DNA of 64,000 nucleotides from positions 344,038,001 through 344,102,000 of the forward strand of contig NC_091977.1 in NCBI RefSeq assembly GCF_044704955.1, in the 5' to 3' direction. Under the pieces are notes generated by a model, which did no database searches, was not told the origin of the DNA, and worked only from the letters and a program-made list of their open reading frames with translations. The position numbers and the translations under genes were made by a program. Positions 37,930 to 51,400 of this stretch are shown piece after piece. This DNA is from Pristiophorus japonicus. Taxonomy: Eukaryota. Position 1 is the first letter of the stretch; each line of letters opens with the position of its first letter.

Positions 37930-38380
37930 TGGCTTAGCCTATAAATTGCCAAACTGATTTATTAAATATTAAATGGATGTGAACAGTTGCAATGACACAC
38001 TGTAGATTTACAGTAGTTCCAGGCTAAGCTATTCTTCCTTAGGGGATGGAATGTAACAGCCATATCTGGTGTTAAGCTTCAAAGCAAACTGCATTTAGCA
38101 CAAGATCCTTGAACATTAAGAAGTTTGCTACCAACCATAAATGTAAGAAAGTCACTAATAAATGCAATCGAGAATTCAGGAGAAATTTATTTACCCAGAG
38201 AGTGGTTAGAATGTGGAACTCATTACCACAAGGGGCTGAGGCAACTAGCGTAAATGCATTTAAGGGGAAGCTAGATAAATCTATGAAGGAGGAAAGATTA
38301 GAAGAATATATTGATGGGGTTAGATGAAGAAGGGTGGGGGGAGTCTCATATGGAGCATAAACACGAGCATGGACTTGTTG
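37930..38380 (+). repeat. Local duplicate unit, copy 1 (unique head plus CR1 3' fragment); copy 2 at 53764-54200
   Basis: Colinear similarity across about 440 bp with the same head/CR1 junction (..CTACCAACCATAA..). Confidence 0.85.
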
Positions 38381-38398
38381 AGCCTAATGGCCTGTTTC

Positions 38399-38516
38399 AA
38401 GGTGATCGACTTCAAAAGTTAACTCTGTTTCTCTCTCCATAGATGCTGCCCTGACCTGCTGAGTATTTCCAGCTTTTTCTGATTTTATTTTAGGTTTCCT
38501 GCATTCGCAGTATTTT
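38399..38516 (+). mobile_element. Short Penelope-like terminal-repeat fragment inserted in a CR1 tail
   Basis: 9-bp TSD GCCTGTTTC; GTTAACTCTGTTTCTCTCTCC..GATGCTGCC..GACCTGCTGAG resembles fish Penelope pLTRs (from recall). Confidence 0.55.
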
Positions 38517-38576
38517 GCCTGTTTCTGTGCTGTACATACTATGTAACCTTTCAAGCAGTGTTTCTATCAGTGACTT

Positions 38577-38795
38577 CAGAAAGTAGTTGAGGCCAATTCA
38601 CTAAATATATTCAAAAGGGAGTTAGATGAAGTCCTTACTACTCGGGGGATCAAGGGTTATGGCGAGAAAGCAGGAAGGGGGTACTGAAGTTTCATGTTCA
38701 GCCATGAACTCATTGAATGGCGGTGCAGGCTAGAAGGGCTGAATGGCCGACTCCTGCACCTATTTTCTATGTTTCTATGTTTCTATGTTTCTATG
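38577..38795 (+). mobile_element. Very short young CR1 3' fragment, same subfamily as 7295-10451
   Basis: Near-identical to 10244-10451; (TTTCTATG)4 tail. Confidence 0.9.
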
Positions 38796-38914
38796 AATCG
38801 TCAATTGGAATAAAACAGGCTAAGATAGATTTTCAGAATTTGAATGGGATAATGGAAGTTTAAATGTGTATTTCTTCAACTCAAGTAGATCTGATAACCA
38901 AATATATTCAAACA

Positions 38915-39805
38915 AAACAACAATAACTTGTATCTAAGAAGTGCCTAACGTAGTGAAACGTCCCAGAGCACTTCACAGGAGCGCAATGACCACATAGGAG
39001 ATGTTATGACAGGTGATCAAAAGCTTGGTCAAAGAGAGAGGTTTTAAGGAGTGCCTTAAAGGAGGAGAGGGAGTTTGGAGAGGTTTAAGAAGGGAATTCC
39101 AGAGCTGAGGGCCGAGGCAGCTGAAGGCACGGCCACCAATGTTGGGAGTGATGAAAATCAGGGATGTGCGAGACTTCAGAATTGGAGCTGTACAGTGATC
39201 TTTTGGGCTTGGAGGAGGATGCAGAAATAGGGTCGGGTGAGGCCATTGATGGATTTAAAAACAAGGATGAAAAGTTTTAAATCAAGGCTTTGCCAGATCA
39301 GGAGCCAATGTAGGACAGCAAGCACAGAAGTTATGGGTGAACAGAATTGGTGCGAGTTAAGATATGGGCAGCCGGATTTTGGATGAGCTCAGGTTAATGG
39401 GTGCAAGATGGGAGGCCGACCAGTGGAGCATTGAAATAGTTGAGTCTCGAGGTAACAAAGGCATGGATGAGGGTTACAGCAGCAGATGAGCTGTGGCATG
39501 TTGCAGAGATGGAAGTAGGTAGCCTTGGTGATGGGAGAGGATATGCGGTCAGAAGCACATTTCGTGGTCAAATAGGATGCAAAGTTTAAGAAGGGTCTGG
39601 TTCAGGCTTACCATGGTGGCCAGGAGTGTGATAGAGTCGGTGGCTAGGTGCAACCCACAAAGGCTAAGTAATAGTCTGTTGTTGATGCAAGATCCATATT
39701 AATGCATTCATGATGCTAAGTTTCGGCTGGCTGGGAGGCAGAAGAAGCCAGATATTGGGAGCAGTGTTTGTGGCTGGGACCAAACAATGGCTTTGATCTT
39801 CCCAA
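38915..39805 (-). mobile_element. Old L2 LINE 3' portion
   Basis: Reverse complement of the L2 tail and C-terminal ORF2, similar to 28258-28735. Confidence 0.75.
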
Positions 39806-39899
39806 TACAGTGAAAATTGTAAATTAGGGACACCTATGGGACTTGCATCAGGTGTTTTTATTTTGCAGGTGTTTTTATTTTCAAAATGGCCAGTACAGT

Positions 39900-42460
39900 A
39901 GTTTCAGCCAGGTTGTACAAAGATAGTCATCAGTTGCCCAGATGATCGAGAAGCAGTGTCCGCAACACCCGGTCTGCCTTCAAGGCTTCCACAATTAGCA
40001 CCTTTGAAGAGACGCTCGGTCACTTGATCAGGAAACACCAAGACTGGTTCGACAAGGACGACCAGGAGATCCAGGAGCCAATAAGCCGCGAGTGCAAGGC
40101 ATTCTTGAACTGGAAACAGCAACACAACTCGAGAGTAAGAAAGCAGCTCTATTGACGTCTGAAGGCCGAGGTCCAACAAAAAACTCGCGACCTCAATAAC
40201 AGGATGGTGGGTGGAGAAAACGCAGGAGATCCAGCAACTAGCCGACAACCACGATGTGCGTGGATTCTTTAACACAGTCAAGACCACCTACGGCCCTAGC
40301 ACCCAAGGTCCTACCCCACTGTGGGCCAAGAATGGAGAGGTATTCATCAAGGACAGAGAGGCAGTCAGTGCCCCTTAACCGAGACTCTCTCTTCGATGTG
40401 AGTGTCCTCGACTCCATCCCGCAGCATGCTACTTGCCACCACCTCAGCACAACCTTAGCCTGGCATGAGATTGAACATAAGAACATAAGAACATAAGAAT
40501 TAGGAACAGGAGTAGGCCATCTAGCCCCTCGAGCCTGCTCCGCCATTTAACAAGATCATGGCTGATCTGGCCGTGGACTCAGCTCCACTTACCGCCCGCT
40601 CCCCATAACCCTTAATTCGCTGATTGGTTAAAAATCTATCTATCTATGATTTGAATACATTCAATGAGCTAGCCTCAACTGCTTCCTTGGGCAGAGAATT
40701 CCACAGATTCACAACCCTCTGGGAGAAGAAATTCCTTCTCAACTCGGTTTTAAATTGGCTCCCCCATATTTTGAGGCTGTGCCCCCTAGTTCTAGTCTCC
40801 CCGACCAGTGGAAACAACCTCTCTGCCTCTATCTTGTCTATATCCCTTTCATTATTTTAAATGTTTCTATAAATGTTTGAAAAGGCCACCCGACAACTGA
40901 AGAACAACGAGGCCTCAGGAGCAGATGGAATCCCCACCGAGGCACTAAAGCATAGCAGAGAAGTACTCGGTGCAAATCCATGACCTCATCTCTCTGATCT
41001 GGAAGGAGGAGAGCATGCCAGGGGATCTCAGAGACACAGTAATCGTGACCATCTTCAAGAAAGGTGACCAGTCCGATTGCGGTAATTACAGAGGAGTTTC
41101 CCTGCTCCTCCCAGAGTCGCAATGCGTATTCTGCCCACTAAGCAACACAATGGACATGATCGTCACCGCGTGTCAAATTCAAGAGAAATGCAGGAGCAGC
41201 ACTCTGTACATGGCCGCCTTTGACCTCTCAAAGGCCTTCGACACTGTCAACCGTGAGGGATTATGGAGTGTCCTCCTCAAATTCGGCTTCCCTCAAAAGT
41301 TTGTCACCATCCTCCGCCTGCTTCACGATGACATGCAAACCGTGATCCTGACCAACGGATCCACCACAGACCCAATTCACGTGGGTTCAAGCAAGGCTGT
41401 GTCATCGCACCAATGATCTTCTTGATCTACCTTGCTGCAATGCTCCATCTCACCCTCAGTAAGCTCCCCGCTGGAATGGAGCTAATCTACAGAACAAACG
41501 GGAAACTTTTCAACCTCTGCCGCCTTCAGTCTAGATCCAAGATCGTCCCATCCTCTGACATTGAATTACTGTATGCAGACAACACTTGCGTCTGCGCACT
41601 CTCTGAGGTCGAACTCCAAACCATCATCAACACCTTCACTAAAGCGTACAAGAACATGGGCCTTACACTAAACATCCGTAAGACAAAGGTCCTCTACAAA
41701 CCTGGCTCGGCCACACGCTACTACCCCCTGATTATCAAAATCCACGACGAGGCCTTGGACAACGTGGACCATTTCCAAAACCTCGGGAGCCTACTGTCAA
41801 CAAGGGCAGACATCAATGACTAGGTTCAAAACCGCCTTCTGTGTGCCAGTGCAGTCTTCGGTTGCCTGAGGAAGAGAGTGTTTGAAGACCAGGACCTTAC
41901 TACCAATGCTGCCTCCACAAAATCCTGCAAATCCATTGGCAGGATAGACGCACCAACGTCCGTGATCTCGCTCAGGTCAGCAACCCCAGCATCGAAGCAT
42001 TGACTACACTCGATCAGCTCTGAAGGATGGGCCACATCGTCCGCATGCCTGATACGAGACTCTCAAAACAAAACTCGGAGCTCCGACACGGCAAGCGAGC
42101 CACGGGTGGACAGAGGAAACATTTCAAGGACACCCTCAAAGCCTCCTTGGAAAAAGTGCAACATCCCCAACGACAGCTGGGAATCCCTGGCCTAAGACGG
42201 TTTCAAGTGGAGGAGAAGCATCCGGGAAGGTGCCGAACACCTCGAGTCTCTTTGCCGGGAACAAGTGAAGAAGCCAAGCGCAAATAGCAGAAGGAGCACA
42301 CAACAACCCAAGCAGCCCACCCAACCGTCCCTTCAACCACCGTCTTCCCCACCTGTGACAGAGACTGTAGGTCCCGCATTGGACTCACCAGTCACCTGAG
42401 AACTCATTTTTATTGTGGAAGCAAGTCATCCTCGACTCCGAGTGATTGCCTAACAGAGAT
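39900..42460 (+). mobile_element. Decayed RTE LINE, split by a CR1 fragment at 40476-40872
   Basis: IFKKGD..DCGNYRGVSLL, FDLSKAFDTV, YADN; 3' end GTGGAAGCAAGTCATCCTCG. Confidence 0.9.
40476..40872 (-). mobile_element. Young CR1 3' fragment, same subfamily as 48476-51975
   Basis: rc tail (CATAAGAA)n; TTGAA flanking duplication; near-identical to 48480-48870. Confidence 0.9.
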
Positions 42461-43430
42461 AGGCTTGCTCATATGGTACTTAGCTAATTGATGAATTATA
42501 CCCGGTAAATACAATATTCTACTAATAGTCATGGAAACAAATCTCTTTTTAAAAAATAAAATTAAATTTTTAAAAAATTGTTTTTATTTTCGTACAAATA
42601 AAACACATTCTGTATATTCATTATTCAATAGTCACTTAAGTTGGTAGTCAGTAATTGATGCCTGGACAGTGCATGCTTTTGACGCCATACAGCAGTTGGT
42701 TGCGTCAGATTCAGTACGCCTAATGTAGGAAAACAGTGAGTTGTAACCGCTGTGGGAGGCAAATAACTGGGATTTTGGATGTAATTGAAAATACTAACTG
42801 GAATGTGGATTTTTCCACAGGTGTGGGGTTGGGTGCTTGCCCCTCTTGTGTGTCATCACTGATGTCATTGTTGCAGGCTGTGGCACTGAGTGAGCATATG
42901 GTGATGAAAATTTGCTTCCAGGACGTGGTCAGGGATTCCTCATTCGGAACTTCATTGTCAAAAGTGACAAACACCTCTGCTGACATGGGGGTAGGCAGGA
43001 CGAGGGAGGACAGCAGGGGAGAGACGTCCGGTCTGGCAGACGGCTCCCCAGTTTCTTTAAAAATGAGGAAGCTGCAGTTGGCAGAACACTTGGTACCAGT
43101 GTAGACCTACTGTACTGTAGAGGAAATCCAGCTGCAGGCTTCGAGTACCTTGACTTGGCAGGTGAATTCACTGCCAGGTGATGAGTATTGCGAGGTGGAT
43201 GCAGACTGTAAAGCGATCTTGGTGACAACAGAGTTCAGCAGATTCTTGTGGTGGTGGGCTTTGGTAGTCTTGGTTATGCCTTGGTCGAGAGGTTACAAAG
43301 AGTAATAGAGAATGACATAGAACGAACATCACAGAAACAGGCCATTTGGCTCAACTAGTCCATGCCAGTGTTTATGCTCCACTCGAGCCTCCTCCCGTCC
43401 TTCCTCATCTAACTCCATCAGCATAACCCT

Positions 43431-46400
43431 TGATACGTCCTTACTACACAGTATAAATGCACACGAGGCCCATGCTTGAGAGAAGGTCAGTCTGTGACCT
43501 GTCCTTTATTCCTCAGCACTCAAGTGATGAAGGTGGGTGGAGCTTCCCCTTTTATACCTGAAGGTCCAGGTTAGGAGTGTCTCCCACCTAGTGGTCAGTG
43601 TTCTCACGGTGTACAACTTAGGTCAGTTTATACATGGGTTACAATGCTGGTTGAATACATGACATCACCTCCCCCCCAAAAGTCTTATTGGGATCACAGG
43701 TTGAGTCTCTCTGGTGGTTTACGCTCCCTTGTAGAGCGCCTGAGTTGGGGCTCCGGTTGTTGGGCGCTGGCCTGAGTGTCTGCTGTTTGCGGTGCCTCAG
43801 GCCTGTCCGGACTGCTCCCAGTGACTGGGCTCTCCTCCCTTTGGTTCCGGTGTTCGGTCACCTGTGGTGGAGTGAACTCTATATCGTGTTCTTCCTCTGC
43901 TTCTTTTATGGGGTTGCTGAACCTCCTTTTTGTTTGATCCACATGTTTGCGGCAGATTTGTCCATTGGTAAGTTTAACGACCAGAATCCTATTTCCCTCT
44001 TTGGCAACCACAGTGCCTGCGAGCCATTTGGGCCCTGCAGCGTAGTTGAGGACAAAAACAGGATCATTTACATCAATACATCGCGCTCTCGCATTCCTGT
44101 CATGGTAGTGATATTGTGACTGGCGCCTGCTCTCGACAATTTCTTTCATGGTGAGGTGTATAAGGGATAATCGGGTTTTGAGCGTCCTTTTCATTGGCAG
44201 CTCTGCGGGTGGAACCCCTGTGAGCGAGTGTGGTCGGGATCTATAGGCCAACAGGAGGCGTGTTAAGCGCCTTTGTAGGGAACCCCCTTGGAATCTGAGC
44301 ATCCCCTGTTTGATTATCTGCGCTGCTCGTTCTGCCTGGCCGTTTGAGGCCGGCTTGAACGCTGCCGTTCTGACATGGTTAATTCCATTGCCTGCCATGA
44401 AGTCCTGGAATTCAGTGCTTGTGAAGCACGGGCCATTGTCGCTGACCAAGATGTCCGGTAGACCGTGGGCGGCGAACATTGCCCGTAGACTTTCTACCGT
44501 GGCAGAGGATGTGCTTGAATTTAAAATGTCACACTCGATCCATTCGGAGTAGGCGTCTACGACAACCAAAAACATTTTTCCCATGAAAGGACCTGCGTAG
44601 TCCACATGGATGCGTGACCAAGGCTTGGCGGGCCATGGCCAGGGGCTAAGGGGGGCTTCCCTGGGCGCATTGCCCAGCTGGGCACACGTGTTGCACCTAC
44701 GAACACAAAGTTCCAGATCTGCGTCTATCCCTGGCCACCAAACGTGTGACCTGGCAATTGCCTTCATCGTGACAATGACCGGGTGCCCATTGTGGAGTTC
44801 TCTGATGAACACCTCTCTGCCCATCTGGGGCATGACTACGCGGTTTCCCCACAGTAGGCAATCGGCCTGAATCGAGACTTCATCCTTGCGCATGTGAAAC
44901 GGTTTAAATTTCTCAGCGCATGCCCTGTACGTGGCTGCCCAGTCCTCATTCAGGACACATTTCTTGACTAGAGACAATAGCGGGTCTCTATTTGTCCAGA
45001 CTTTAATCTGACGGGCTGTCACGGGTGAGCCTTCGCTTCCGAAAGCTTCAACAGCCATGACCATCCCAGCAGCATGGTCGGTAGCCCCCTCAGTGGTGGC
45101 TAGTGGGAGCCTGCTGAGTGCATCGGGGCAGTTTTCAGTGCCCGGTCTGTGCCGAATTGTAGTCATAGGCGGCTAACGTGAGTGCCCAGCTCTGTATGCG
45201 GGCCGATGCGTTTGCATTTATGGCCTTGTTGTCGGCCAAAAGGGACGTTAGGGGTTTGTGATCTGTCTCCAGCTCAAATTTCCTGCCAAACAGGTACTGG
45301 TGCATTTTCTTTACCGCATATACACATGCGAGCGCCTCCTTTTCTACCATCCCGTAGCCCCTTTCTGCCTGGGACAGACTCCTGGAGGCATAAGCTACCG
45401 GCTGTAACTGACCCTTGGCATTGACATGCTGCAACACACACCCGACACCATAGGACGATGCATCGCACGTTAACACAAGTTTCTTACATGGGTCATATAG
45501 CGTTAACAGATTATTGGAACATAACAAATTGCATGCTCTATTAAAAGCCCTTTCCAGGCTGTCCCCCCAGACCCATTCGCGACCTTTGCGTAGGAGCACG
45601 TGTAGCGGCTCTAGCAGCGTGCTCAATTTGGGAAGAAAGTTACCAAAATAGTTCAGGACCCCCAGGAGCCAACGCAGCTCCGTCGTGTTACGGGGTCTGG
45701 GTGCTCTCTGGATCGCTTCCGTCTTGGATGCAGTAGGGCTGATCCCGTCTGCTGCTACCCTCATCCCCAGGAATTCTACCTCTGGAGATAGGAAGACGCA
45801 TTTCGCCTTTTTCAGTCGCAGACCTACCCGGTCCAGTCTGCGTAGCACCTCCTCCAGGTTGTGGAGGTGTTCTTCAGTATCGTAACCCGTAATGAGGATG
45901 TCGTCCTGAAAAACCACCGTCCCTGGAATCGACTTGAGGAGGCTTTCCATATTTCGTTGGAAGATCGCGGCGGCCGAGTGAATCCCGAACGGACATCTGT
46001 TGTACGCAAACAACCCCTTGTGTGTCGTGATGGTGGTCAGCTTCTTCGACTCACTCGCCAGCTTCCTGGGTCATGTAAGCTGAGGTCAGGTCCAATTTTG
46101 AAAAAAGTTTGCCACCGGATAGCGTCGCAAAGAGGTCCTCCGCTCTCGGTAGTGGGTACTGATCTTGGAGTGACACCCGATTGATGGTGGCCTTGTAATC
46201 ACCACAGATCCTGACCGACCCATCCGCCTTGAGCACCGGCACAATCAGGCTCGCCCAGTCACTGAATTCGACTGGCAAGATGATGCCTTCCCTCAACAGG
46301 CGGTCCAATTCGCCTTCTATCTTTTCCCGCATCACGTACGGCACCGCTCTGGCCTTGTACTGGTCTGGCGTCCGGGTTTATGTGAATCACTACCTTGGCC

Positions 46401-47545
46401 CCCATGAAAGTGCCAATGCCGGGTTGAAATAATGAGTCAAATTTGTCCAGGATCTGTGAGCATGATACTCGCTCCATAGAGGAAATTGCATTGACATCGC
46501 CCCATTTCCAGTTCATGACAGCAAGCCAACTCCTCCCCAGTAGTTTGGGACCGTCCCCTGGGACAATCCAGAGTGGCAACCTGTTCTCCGAATCTTTGTG
46601 GGTCACGACTACCGTGGCGCTGCCTAGCACCGGAATGATCTGCTTTGTGTAAGTCCGTAGCTGTGCGTCAATCGTCGATAATTTTGGCCTCCTGGCCTTG
46701 GATGCCCACAACTTTTTGAACTGTTTGATACCCATCAGGGACTGGCTGGCACCCGTGTCTAATTCCATTGATATTGGGATGCCATTGAGGAGCACTTTCA
46801 TCATTATCGGTGGCGTCCTGGTGTATGAACTGTATACGTGCTCCACATGAACTCGCTGAACTTCAGCTTCCAGCGATTTCCCCCAGTGACCATTTCTGCA
46901 ATTTCTGCAGGTATTTTGCTCATCTCTGCAAACTCCTGAGTGTGTGCTTCCACGCCTCCAGCATGGGTTGCGGTTTGAAACAAAAGGTCCCTTGCCAGTC
47001 GATCGTCCCTGACTGCCCCTGTTATTGTCCTTGAGTGCACCATTAACAGGTGTTGATGGCCCCATTACTGGCCGCATTGTCCCTTGCAATGGCGTGAATC
47101 GCTGTTCAGCTTGCCATTGTCTCTGTCGAACTCCCCCTCTTGGTTCGACTACATGTTGGGGCATGCCTGACTGCCCTTGTCTGCCTGGAGAACTGTGTGC
47201 TGCTTTAACAATGTTGAATCTCTGTCCCAACCATTCCTTAACACAGTACCTCTCGTCTGTTCTGCTAGTGGCCATGCTCGCGTGGTTTAAATCCCAGTTT
47301 CTTGTCGCCTTTGATACGTCCTTACTACACAGTATAAATGCACACGAGGCCCTTGCTTGAGAGAAGGTCAGTCTGTGACCTGTCCTTTATTCCTTTGCAC
47401 TCAAGTGATGAAGGTGGGTGGAGCTTCCCCTTTTATACCTGAAGGTCCAGGTTAGGAGCGTCTCCCACCTAGTGGTCAGTGTTCTCACGGTGTACAACTT
47501 AGGTCAGTTTATACATGGGTTACAATGCTGGTTGAATACATGACA
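43431..47545 (-). mobile_element. Young Ty3/Gypsy LTR retrotransposon, 4115 bp, gag largely missing
   Basis: 234-bp LTRs (43431-43664 and 47312-47545) with TG..CA ends and 4 mismatches; 5-bp TSD ACCCT; PPT GGGGGGGAGGTGA; PBS-like AGGCGACAAG. Confidence 0.95.
43694..47275 (-). pseudogene. Gypsy gag remnant-pol polyprotein (PR-RT-RNase H-IN) with about 3 frameshifts
   Basis: LDTGAS, ICGDYK, FQDDILI, DASSYGVG, HNGH..C..C, HVDYAGP, SDNGPCF, SNGQAER; ORF pieces 47275-46259, 46344-46051, 46013-45135 and 45166-43694. Confidence 0.9.
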
Positions 47546-47652
47546 ACCCTGTATTCCTTTCTCTCTCGTATGCTTATCTTGTCTTAAATGCATCTATGCT
47601 AATCATTTCAACCACTCCCCCACATTCTCGCCACTCTCTTGGGTAAAGAATA

Positions 47653-48236
47653 ACGTGGGGTCTCCGCAAGTTCTGTGTTTAGGTATGCGAAACGCATGTG
47701 CCTAAACCCGGCACTTATGATCTGTCAAAAATTCTGTTGACACGCATCCAAAACTAAAGGGCCTCTGCGGGTGGAGAGTTAGGATATTTGCCCATTCCAG
47801 CCCAGCTAACGTCCTTCAAATTCTTAGGACAGAAAAAAGCAGGAGTAAAGCCTGCTTTCATCAGCGTAAGACTTAAAAAAAAATATTTAAACATTTTAAA
47901 TCCTGTTAATTTAAAATATGTAAATGTATTTTTCAAAAAATTAAATTTTAGTCTTAAATAATTAAATTCCATTGTTAATTTGAAATATGTAATGGTTTTT
48001 TAAAAATTATTTTGTTTGTGTTTTTGGGGGTATTCCCATTCATAATTATGGTGATAGGTTTGGCCGGCCCACGTGATCCCATTGATGCGTAAGACACCCT
48101 TACGATCCTGGGATAGGTGTGCGATTATGTGGAGGGACAGGACCAGAAGTCTCCGGGACCACCAGGTAGACTCATAAACATTTTTCAGGTCGGTGGCATC
48201 TGCCTGCTGGAAGCCTCCCACCGCAATTTCTGGGCC
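47653..48236. mobile_element. Probable Harbinger-type MITE remnant
   Basis: Ends CCGCAATTTCTGGGCC; GC-rich arms around an AT-rich core; interrupts the old CR1; left TIR not found. Confidence 0.4.
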
Positions 48237-48475
48237 GATGCGTCTACTCTTATCAAAATGTTTCATGATTTAAAGGCCTCTATTCGTTCACACATCAGCC
48301 TTATCTTTCAAGAGAAAAGAAACCAAGCATGTTCATTCTTTCTGATGGTTATAACCTCGCATTTCTGGTGTCAATCATGTAAATCTTTTTTGCATCCTCT
48401 CCAGTGCCGTTATTTTTTTTTATAATATGACAACTGGAACTGTAAACTGTACTCCCAAGTGTGATCTAACCGAGT

Positions 48476-51400
48476 TATAAGAACATAAGAATTAGGAACA
48501 GGAGTAGGCCATCTAGCCCCTCGAGCCTGGTCCGCCATTCAACAAGATCATGGCTGATCTGGCCGTAGACTCAGCTCCACTTACCCGCCCGCTCCCCGTA
48601 ACCCTTAATTCCCTTATTGGTTAAAAATCTATCTATCTGTGACTTGAATATATTCAATGAGCTAGTCTCAACTGCTTCCTTGGGCAGAGAATTCCACAGA
48701 TTCACAACCCTCTGGGAGAAGAAATTCCTTCTCAACTCGGTTTTAAATTGGCTCCCCCGTATTTTGAGGCTGTGCCCCCTAGTTCTAGTCTCCCCGACCA
48801 GTGGAAACAACCTCTCTGCCTCTCTCTATCTTGTCTATCCCTTTCATTATTTTAAATGTTTCTATAAGATCACCCCTCATTCTTCTGAACTCCAATGAGT
48901 AAAGACCCAGTCTACTCAATCTATCATCATAAGGTAACCCCCTCATCTCCGGAATCAGCCTCGTGAATCGTCTCTCTACCCCCTCCAAAGCTAGTATATC
49001 CTTCCTTAAGTAAGGTGACCAAAACTGCACGCAGTACTCCAGGTGCGGCCTCACCAAACCCTGTACAGTTGCAGTAGGACCTCCCTGCTTTTGTACTCCA
49101 TCCCTGTCGCAATGAAGGCCAACATTCCATTCGCCTTCCTGATTACCTGCTGCACCTGCAAACTAACTTTTTGGGGCTCAGTGGTTAGAGCTCTCACCTC
49201 TGAGTCAGAAGGTTGTAGGTTCAAATCCAGGGGTGAGCACATTAAACAAAAATCTATGCTGACACTCCTAGAGAAAGCACTGCACTGTCGGAGGCGCTAT
49301 ATTTCCAAAAAGAGTTTCATGCACAAGGACCCCCAGGTCCCTCTGCACCGCAGCATGTTGTAATTTCTCCCCATTCAAATAATATTCCCTTTTACTGTTT
49401 TTTTTCCCCAAGGTGGATGACCTCACATTTTTCGACATTGTATTCCATCTGCCAAAACTTAGCCCATTCGCTTAACCTATCGAAATCTCTTTGCAGCCTC
49501 TCTGTGTCCTCTACACAACCCGCTTTCCCACTAATCTTTCTGTCATCTGCAAATTTGGTTACACTACACTCTGTGCCCTCTTCCAAGTCATCTATGTATA
49601 TTGTAAACAGTTGTGGTCCCAGCACCGAGCCCTGTGGCACAGCACTAACCACTGATTTCCAACCCGAAAAGGACCCATTTATCCCGACTCTCTGCTTTCT
49701 GTTCGCCAGCCAATTCTCTATCCATGCTAATACATTTCCTCTGACTCCGCGTACCTTTATCTTCTGCAGTAACCTTTTGTGTGGCACCTTATCGAATGCC
49801 TTTTGGAAATCTAAATACACCACATCCATCGGTACACCTCTATCCACCATGCTCGTTATATCCTCAAAGAATTCCAGTAAATTAGTTAAACATGATTTCC
49901 CCTTCATGAATCCATGTTGCGTCTGCTTGATTGCACTATTCCTATCTAGATGTCCCGCTATTTCTTCCTTAATGATAGCTTCAAGCATTTTCCCCACTAC
50001 AGATGTTAAACTAACCGGCCTATAGTTAACTGCCTTTTGTCTGCCCCCTTTTTTAAACAGAGGCGTTACATTAGCTGCTTTCCAATCCGATGGTACCTCC
50101 CCAGAGTCCAGTGAATTTTGGTAGATTAAAACGAATACATCTGCTATAACTTCCGCCATCTGTTTTAATACCCTGGGATGCATTTCATGCGGACCAGGGA
50201 ACTTGTCTACCTTGAGTCCCATTAGCCTATCCAGCACTACCCCCCTAGTGATAGTGATTATCTCAAGGTCCTCCCTTCCCACATTCCCATGACCAGCAAT
50301 TTTTGGCATGGTTTTTGTGTCTTCCACTGTGAAGACTGAAGCAAAATAATTGTTTACGGTCTCAGCCATTTCCACATTTCCCATTATTAAATCCCCCTTC
50401 TCATCTTCTAAGGGACCAACATTTACTTTAGTAACTCTTTTCCATTTTATATATCGGTAAAAGCTTTTACTATCTGTTTTTATGTTTTGCGCAAGTTTAC
50501 TTTCGTAATCTATCTTTCCTTTCTTTATTGCTTTCTTAGTCATTCTTTGCTGTCGTTTAAAATTTTCCCAATCTTCTAGTTTCCCACTAACCTTGGCCAC
50601 CTTATATGCATTGGTTTTTATTTTGAAACTCTCCTTTATTTCCTTGGTTATCCACGGCTGGTTATCCCTTCTCTTACCGCCCTTCTTTTTCACTGGAATA
50701 TATTTTTGTTGAGCACTATGAAAGAGCTCCTTAAAAGTCCTCCACTGTTCCTCAATTGTGCCACCGTTTAGTCTGTGTTTCCAGTCTACTTTAGCCAACT
50801 CTGCCCTCATCCCACTGTAGTCCCCTTTGTTTAAGCATAGTATGCTCGTTTGAGACACTACTTCCTCACCCTCAATCTGTATTACAAATTCAACCATACT
50901 GTGATCACTCATTCCGAGAGGATCTTTTACTTGGAGATCGTTTATTATTCCTGTCTCATTACACAGGACCAGATTTAAGATAGCTTGCTCCCTTGTAGGT
51001 TCTGTAACATACTGTTCTAAGAAACAATCCCGTATGCATTCTATGAATTCCTCCTCAAGGCTACCCCGTGCGATTTGATTTGACCAATCGATATGTAGGT
51101 TAAAATCCCCCATGATTACTGCCATTCCTTTTTCACATGCCTCCATTATTCCCTTGATTATTGCCCGCCCCACCGTGAAGTTATTATTTGGGGGCCTATA
51201 AACTATGCCCACCAGTGACTTTTTCCCCTTACTATCTCTAATCTCCACCCACAATGATTCAACAGTTTGTTCATTAGAACCAATATCGTCTCTCACAACT
51301 GCCCTGATATCATCCTTTATTAACAGAGCTACCCCACCTCCTTTCCCTTCTTGTCTATCTTTCCGAATTGTCAGATACCCCTCTATGTTTAATTCCCAGT

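Noticed and set aside
49173-49235. tRNA gene
   Set aside because: A and B boxes are present, but there is no acceptor stem or cloverleaf and it continues into SINE body.
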